A stretch of DNA of 64,000 bases from Bugula neritina (taxonomy: Eukaryota > Animalia > Bryozoa), in assembly GCA_964035545.1 (NCBI GenBank), contig OZ037765.1:12782698-12846697 (forward strand). Reading direction: 5' to 3'. Below the pieces are notes generated by a model, which saw only the letters and a list, made by a program, of their open reading frames with translations, made no database searches and had not been told where the DNA came from. The stretch's first letter is position 1. Each line of letters opens with the position of its first letter. The position numbers and the translations under genes are program-made. Positions 13,167-22,100 of the stretch are shown in pieces.

Positions 13167-16100
13167 ATGAGTGTGGAAGCTGACTTGCAAGGCTATACCC
13201 CTCCTATTTCCTTGTGGAAATTAGTTGAGCAACATGTAGATGATCATGAAACTGACGAAATTAAAAGTGTTTTGGGTGCAGACCTTGTTGATGAAACCTT
13301 AGAACTTCATACTGAGCTAGATGCATTTTTAGAAATATGGCGAGATTGTCGAAAAAATACTGATGAGGTAACTTTTTTTGCACCCACTGTATATAAAAAA
13401 AATTTATTCACAATCTAATTTTGAAAAAAGTAAGGAATAATGACTAAATTGTCATTAGCTGCTATAAACTAATTGCTTCCGTGTACTTATGTTAATATTA
13501 TTTAAAACTAAATTTGTTTTGAAACCAGTAAAATTAAGATCTTTTGTTAAAATCTCAGTAGATGTAAAAATATTGTCATAGTGTCATTTATTTTCTGAAA
13601 TTTACAGCACTGGTTATAGTGAAATATATATGTGCAATTGCACATATTACATTTATTTATCTTAAATTTATATTGCAATATTTTAATTCTAATTTTTCAT
13701 AAAGCTTCAAGAGATAATGATAGATTTCTCAACAACCGCCATTGCATTTAAAATATCATTTTGCATTAAAATTTTATAAAAATATTATATTAGAATTTAA
13801 TTTACAAAGTAATAATTGGTTAAATGATCAAAAAAATGTTTTATAAGTATTGGTAATTTTTATTTTAAATTCAGCATAGTTCGAAGTTTATCTTTTGTTG
13901 AGGTAGCTGTATGACTGATGTGAACTTTTTAGTGTATTCAAGTAAAAAAATCTTTACGACTTCCAGAACCACCAGGAGTAAGAGATCGTTTAATACAAGA
14001 AATTAAGTTTTTCGTAGAAAATTTAAAAGAAAAAGCTCAAGGAGAAGGCAGGTAAAAACAAGATAAATAAATATTGTAATTTTTTTACAATAGCATCGCA
14101 TATGGTTAATAACTTATGACTCGTGAGAAATCTTTTCTGACTGAATCTTTTATACAAGGATACAATTTTCAATATCATTTTCAGAGAGTTTGTATTAGAC
14201 ACATGCAAGAATAACATTATTGATTATGCTACCAATGAATCAAGGCCTCCATCACATGATTTGAGTTTCAGACCAACTTCAGCTATTGGCCAAGATGGAA
14301 GAGAAACACCTTTTCTTAGTCGTGGCTCACCGTTTAGCGACAGGTAAATATTTTCAGTTATAGTATATGCATCATATTGTTGATAAGATGCAAATTATGA
14401 GCAGTTATTGAATTTATTATCAGACAGATGAAGAAGCTTGATGTTATAAACATCAGTTAAACTATAGTCAATATTTTTTCTCATTTATTTTTCAACTCTT
14501 TTCATAACAAGTGTTAAGGTTAAAGGATTGCCACAGTTCTTATAATAAGCCTTTTTACACAGCGTCATATACGAGTTGTTCTATAAGCAGCTTTGAGTGA
14601 ATGGGTGCAGTAGTTTGGGTTTTTGTTAAACTCAAGAACCCCAAACTACTGCACTCAGTCACCCTCAACTCGAAGCTGCTTATAGAACAATTCGAGTTTT
14701 ATGTAAAGTTTTTATCACATTTTTCTGACCATAATAATAATGCACAAAAGTAGCAGATAACAAACAATGATAGTACACCATTAACTGGCAGTCTCTGCTT
14801 CATTGTGTTTGTCAACAGCACATAATTTTGGTCTTTAAACTTTGTAAGCTACACACCTGATTTTCTGGCTTTGAGTTAAATTCCCAAATCTAGATAAGAA
14901 ATTGATTTCAGTTCTTTATTTCATTTTAGCTAAATTTGATAAATTTGCTTACTGTTTCTGTAAAGATAATTTGCATTCGGCAACAATATGCTATGATGCA
15001 GGTGTTCAAAATATATTATTCATTAGGAATTGTTTTTTCAAATTTCCAAAAAGATTAACAAACACATTTAAAGGCACCTTTTTAAATTTGAATGTGTCAT
15101 TTTGCCATGTTTAGTCTAATGTGTTGATGAAATAGCTAGCCTAGTGTCATGCAATGGGAGTTTGCAACAGTTTTTGGCAGTTGCCTCCTTTCCAAAATAA
15201 GCACATAAGTTAAAGCAAAATTGATAAAAACAACTTATATATTATGTTTAGTGGTGCTAAAATTCTGTTTTAATTAATTATATATTGTAATAAACATTAT
15301 TTAATCTTTAAAAATTGAAACTTTCCACACTTTAAGCACAGTATTTTACAAAGCTTTTTGTTCAAGTATTATTTAGTATTGCGTCCCTATGTAATGTAAA
15401 ATTTACATGTACCTTGCCCTTAATTTTTTATAAGTAAAAATTATACTGGAATACCCTCAAACATTGTTTTTGACTGAAAACAGCAAATATTATAATGATG
15501 TATATAGAATGACACTCTTTGCTATGACTCTTGCTTTAGAGTGACACTCTAGCTTATACAGCCTGACTAGGAATAGGGAGGGTTTTAGACGTGATCAGAG
15601 TTTATTTGAGTCACCAAATACTGACCAAACACTGACCGTAAAAACTAAAATAATAATGATACAACATAAGGCATAAGGCAAACAAAATGTACGTAATATA
15701 ATAAGTATGTATGTAAAAGCACTAGCAATGTATATTATAAATTGTAGATAGCAGCATGAAATAATGATTCAACATAGCATGCAACTACAGCCCATATTAT
15801 TAAAAACTTTATAACATAAAAATGTAATAACGATATATAATTGTAAATAGATGTTCATTACCTCTTTTCTCTCTCTCCTAGTCTACTGTTATGTTAATGC
15901 TGTGGCTTTGCACAGTCTTTCAAATAATGCTACTCTTTAGTAGTCTTACATAAATTTGATGCTGTCCAAACTGACAGCATGACTCTAACAATATTGCAAC
16001 TACTAAAAATGGTTTTGTCTTATATACTAATCCATTTGATAAACATTATTGTGTTGTAAGAGGTATGATTTTACAATTTACTATTTTGGGGTAGGATCTT

Positions 16101-19100
16101 ACTGTTTCAAGAAGTGGGCTGAAGTAAACAAGCATCGTGTGACATCACAGCTGATGCAAGCATAGCTGCTGACTATGAATCATTCTACATGCGTAGCTAC
16201 TGTTTTGGGGTAGTGATTAAAGAAGCATTAGGTAGACTACTAGCAGCTAGTGGTTAGGCTAATTTGAGGTTAATGACATTGTGATTGTGTGTGATTGTAC
16301 TACAAGTTATAATATCTGTAAACATCCTATTTCGTAACATTACACTCCCCCCTTTAATTTCTCTCTATTCACTTAGAGGGAATTAACAATTATATTATTA
16401 TGCATTTAAAATACTAAGCTAAAATACTAATATAGGTATACATGCAAAGGTTATGGGGTAAATAGGTAAATTAATTTGTGGATAGGCCTATCTAAGTATG
16501 TGGGTGGAGCTAGTCTCACACCTTTACTGTTCAACTCTGTAGTTGCTAGTTGCACCTTTACCTTACGAATTAGGTCATCTCTAGTTTCATGTGTTTCTAT
16601 CACTCTAGCTATGGGCCATTCGTTCCTATGTGTATTTTCATTTTTGACAAGTACTATGTCACCTTTGCGAATATTTGATTGCGGCTTATGCCACTTTTGC
16701 CTTCCCTGAAGATTGTGTAAATACTGTGTTTTCCATTTTGTCCAGAACGAGTTAGCTAGGCTTTGAACTTGTCTCCATCTTTTATTGGAGTACATATCAT
16801 TTTGGTCAAATTGTCCTGGTGGCGGTGGTACATGCTTTGATTTCATTGTCAAGAGTTGATTTGGTGTTAGTGGTGTATTACCATCATCTAGTGTGTTAAG
16901 AGGTCTACCATTTACTATGGCCATTGCTTCATAAAAAAATGTTCTCAATGTTGTTGAGTCTAGCCTGGTTTTATGCATATCTAACATGGAGTTTAGCACA
17001 TTTCTAACACTTCGTATTTGTCTCTCCCATACACCACCCATATGACTGGCACTCGGTACATTTGTAACAAAGTCTAAATCGTTTTCCCTTGCAAAAGACT
17101 GAATTCTTGTTTGGTTTGACTTGAGTTCTTTAAATGCGCCAACAAAATTTGTGCCACAGTCTGATCTAAGTTGTCTGATAGGTCCCCTAATAGCAATGAG
17201 GCACCGCAGTGCATTTATGAAAGCATCTGTAGTCATGTCATCTAATATTTCTAAGTGAATTGCCCGTGAGGCCATGCATGTAAATATTAGACCGTATTTC
17301 TTTAATTCTGCTCTCCTATCCTTTACAATAAATGGTCCAAACACGTCACATCCTACATAGGTAAATGGTGGAGCTGGTTCAACTCTTTCTACTGGCAAGT
17401 CTGCCATCTTTTGGGTCATTGGAGCATGTCTTTGTTTTCTACATGTTATGCATTGGTGAATGTAGGAGCTTACTACTCTTGAGATTCCTATAATGTAATA
17501 GCCTGTAGACTTAATTTCACTAATTGTCAAATTCTTTCCTTGATGTGCAACCTTCTCATGGCACTGTTTAATCACAAGTTTGGTTACATGTGAGTTGCTT
17601 GGTAACATTACTGGGTGCTTTTCATTATAGTTCAACTGTGAATCTCGGAGTCGTCCTCCTACACGTATCAAGCCATGTTTGTCTAGAAATGGATCTAACT
17701 TTGCTAGTTTACTATCTTTACTTACACATTTGTCTTTACTTAGCCTGCAATATTCATCTGAAAATGACTCTCTTTGTACCCACTGCATTATTAGATGTTT
17801 AGCATCTGTCAAGTCATCAATAGTGAGTCTGGGAGTTATGCTACCTTTATGCTTTACCAATCTTTTGACTGCACTTACTGCTTTGATAGCATTTTTTAGG
17901 TCTGAGAATCTGCTTAGGTGTTGCTCTAATGAGCACTTAGATTGAGGCTCTGTGTTGGTTTGTAAACATAATTTGACCTCTGGGTCGGAGGAATCTATCT
18001 CATAGTTACTGTCTGTATTCAACATATGTGATAAATCTGGCTGCCATAAAAATTTTGGTCCTTGGAACCAGTCTGTACTGAGTAGCTTTTTGATACTAGC
18101 ACCTCTGGATGCTATATCTGCTGGATTTATGCTTGTGTTGATGTAATTCCATTGTGCTGCTTTGCTTTTGGATAAAATTTGTTGTACCCTGTTTGCTACA
18201 AATGGTTGAAATTTCTTAGTTGTGTTGTGTATGTAGCCCAAGACTACTTTAGAATCAGTCCAGAAATATTCATTTGTTATAGGCATTGCTAATTCTGTGG
18301 TTACTACAGTGGACATTTTTGAGGATAGTACAGCTGCCATTAACTCTGCTCTTGGCATTGTTATAGGCTTTATTGATGCAACCCTAGATTTTGCAGAAAG
18401 CAATGTGCAGTGTATGTTGTCATTTACATCAACTAGTCTCAGATAAGTGCATTGACCCAAACCATTGTTACTGGCATCACAAAAGTGATGTAGCTCTGTT
18501 AGTCTGATAGTACTTAGGCTTTTAGGTTTCAAGCATCTTGAAATTTTTATTTGAGGCAGTTCTGCTAATTCTCTTTGCCATGTTACCCAACTGTTTTCTA
18601 GTTCTGGTTTTAGTGCATCATCCCAATCAGCTTTGTCTTTGCACATTTCTTGCAAAATGTTCTTTCCAATTAGAATAACTGGTGAGAGAAACCCTAAGGG
18701 ATCAAAAACCGAGGCTATTGTAGACAAAACGCCTCTTCTAGTATGTGGTTTCTCTTTCATGCTAGCTTTGAACTGAAATTCATCATTTTTTATGCACCAA
18801 TGAACACCTAGCACACGTTCTACTGGCATATCTGTGTTTAAGTTTAAATCTTTCATTGTTTCAGCATGTTCAGATTCAGGTATTGTGGCTAGAACTGCTT
18901 GGTCATTGGATACAAACTTATGGAGTCTTACATTTCCCTTGGCACATATATCAATTGCACTCTTGATTACACTGACTATTTGTTCTTGTGAGTCTAGGCT
19001 CATTAGTCCGTCATCTACATAAAAGTCATTTTCAATAAAGTTCACTGCCTGTTTGTCACTGTCAGTACCAGAGTCCCCGTGATCTCTAGCCAATGTTCTT

Positions 19101-22100
19101 AAGCCGTAAGTCGCACAAGCAGGAGATGATTTAGCCCCAAATAAGTGAACTGTCATGCGGTACTCAACAATGTCAGTCATAGTCTCGTCTTTAAACCAGA
19201 GAAATCTAAGGTAGTCTCTATCTGACTCATGTACTTTGAACATGTGAAACATTTTTTGTATATCACACATTACAGCTATTTGCCCTTTTCTGAATCTATG
19301 CAATACTCCTACTAGGTTGTTCATAAAGTCTGGTCCTTGTATCAAGTGATCATTGAGACTTGTGTTCTTAAATTTTGCTGCGCAGTCAAAAACTACTCTA
19401 ATCTTGTTCTTTTTGGGATGGTACACGCCAAAGTGGGGAATGTACCACTGATGATTGCTTGCCTCACAAGTTGTAGGTACCAATTCTGCATCGCCATTGT
19501 TTATTATGTCTGTCATGAATGCCACGTAATCTGTTCGATATTTCTGGTCTTTAAGCATTTTAGTTTTGAGGGTATCAAGTCTGTGCACAGCTAATTGTCT
19601 ATTGTTTGGTAATTGTGGCTTAGCATTTTTAAACGGCAGTGGCATGCTGTAATAATTGTCTTCTCTTTGTTTAATATTGTTGCGCATGTTATCTAAAAAC
19701 TTGGCATCTTCCTGTGACATTTTATGAGTACCAATGTACTTTGTGTCAGTATAATCTTGCTGTAGGACATTCAAGATATCTGAGCTCAAGTTCTGCTCAT
19801 GAGCCATAGCCCTATTGCATGTGGGAAATGAGTTTGTTTCATGCTTACCACTATTGCCTACAATACACCATCCTAGAGGTGTTCTCAGAGCAAAGGGATC
19901 ATTGATTGCAGGGCCTATTTTAGTTTCAAGTGGCACTAAAGCTCTGGAGTTGTCATACCCTATAAGCATTCCTATCTCTATATCTAAACCTTGTGGTATT
20001 TCACCTGCAATGCATTTAAGGTGTGGCCATCTATTGGCAATTTCTGGTGTGGGTATGTGCTGCTTGTTAATTGGAATGCTGTCCCTACTGTAAGTCTTTC
20101 CTACTTGTATCTGCTCATGCATGTTCAGTCCTCTAATGGTCAAGTTATTGTACACCTTACACTTCATTTCCAAGTTGTCAGCTGTCATTGTTGTTAGTTT
20201 AAGAGAAACTGGTTTGCTTGTAGCTGTTTGTAGCTTACTAACAACTCGGCTGGTTACAAATGTGGTATCTGACATGCTATCTAAGAGTGCATAAGTTAGC
20301 ACTTCCTCATTAGGGTTATCTACAGTTGCTAGGTATATAGGCACAACCATTGAGCACAAGCCATTTGTTTTAGCCACTGTATTGTTGCTGTTAGCTGTTA
20401 CTTGCTCTGGGTTGTTGCTACTTGCTACTTCATTTACCTGCACTGTTTCTACTTTGGTATTGCTGTTGTTAGCTTGTGTAGCTGGCTGATTGCTTCTATG
20501 TGTTACAGTAGGATGCCTTTTTTGGCATATTTTACAAGTGGCTCTATTTCTGCATTCTTTTGTCATGTGACCTATTCTCAAGCAACCAAAGCATAATCTT
20601 TTACTAGTAATGAACTTTTGTTTTTGATCAACTGGTATGCTAGCCAGTTTTCTACACTCATGTGTGCTATGATTACTGTAATTGCAGTAGAGGCATAGTT
20701 TAGCTTTGTGGTTTTCTGTACTTTCAACATCAGGAGAATGCTTTTCTATGCTAGTAGCAAAGCTAATGCCCTTATTGTTGTGCTTTTGAGGCTTATTTGA
20801 GTCTATGACCCTTGAACCTAGCAAAGATGAAGTGATTGGATCATTTAGGATTTCTGCTTCTGTTTGTACAAACTTTACAAACTGACTAAAACTGGGGTAA
20901 CTCCTGTGATTTTTCCTATGCGTGGTTACCTCACGCTTCCATCTATTTATCATGTTATCTGGCAGCTTGGACATGAGCTCAAGATTCTTTTCGCAATCAT
21001 TTAAAATTTCCAACTCTTTAATATCTTTTGCTGCTATTTCACAATGTGTGAGGAAGTCAGAAAATGATTGTATCTGCTTATGTTCATGTGGTTTCATTTT
21101 GGGCCAAGCATTAATTTTCTTTCGAAATTCATTAGCAACTGTGAATTCTGACCCAAATCTTTCTTTCAAAATTATTCTGGCCTTTTGGTATGCTGCTAGT
21201 GTATGTAAACTGCATAGGCCACTAATTGCTTCTCTAGCAGGTCCATCAACATGCTGTTTCAAGACATACATTTTACCATCATCACCTATCATTTTATCCT
21301 TGATGTAACTCTCTATGGCATATTCCCAATCTATAAAGTCTAAGGGATTTCCCCTAAATATTGGTGGCTTCGGCACATTGTTGGCTTGTATTGCTTTTGT
21401 TAAGCATGTGGCCAGGTATTCATTACTGCATGTAGAATGCTGTGATTCATTGTTTTGCATGCTGCCTATTTGCTGTGGTTGGTTGCTTTGCAAAACTTCT
21501 ACTGGCCTACTAAAAATAACTTCACTATTGCTTTCCTGATTCACTATTGGTTGGCAATTATCTAAATACTCTGCTAGCTCATCTCTAACATCTACATCAT
21601 GTTCCTCTATTATTTCCTGCCTTATTCTCAGTTGTTTCTGTTTTTCTAACAGCTTACTTTTACTTAATTCCAACTGGACATTGGCTAACTGCCTTTCTAG
21701 CTCAGCCTGTCTTTGCATGGCTTCCATTTCACTTTCTAATTGTGCAACTTGCAATTTTGTCTTGGCTGAGATGAATGAGCTTGCTTTTGATGTGTGTTTA
21801 CTGCTAGCATGTACTGAATGGCTTTCGCCCTTACATTGTTCATGTATACTGTTAATTTGCTGTGTTAAGTCCTCAAGGTGAGGATGACTTGGAGCTAATG
21901 ACTTTAGAATTGCTAAGTCAGCATCTGCATCTAACATAATTCGTTGTATGTCATCCCAAAATTCATTATCATGATTGTCTGTTGCTGCATGCCTACTTCT
22001 AAACCTTTTAATTGCACTTGTGACAGATTTAAGCCTTTTTTCTACCTCTAATTGTTTTCCCTTTGTGGATAGGGTTTTGACTCTGCTGCTAATCCTAATG

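Noticed and set aside
15499-15502. Alternative left LTR boundary at TG (15499) that would restore a canonical CA end
   Set aside because: LTR-LTR identity stops at 15503/22705, and these bases belong to the ATGTA TSD repeated at 23547-23551.
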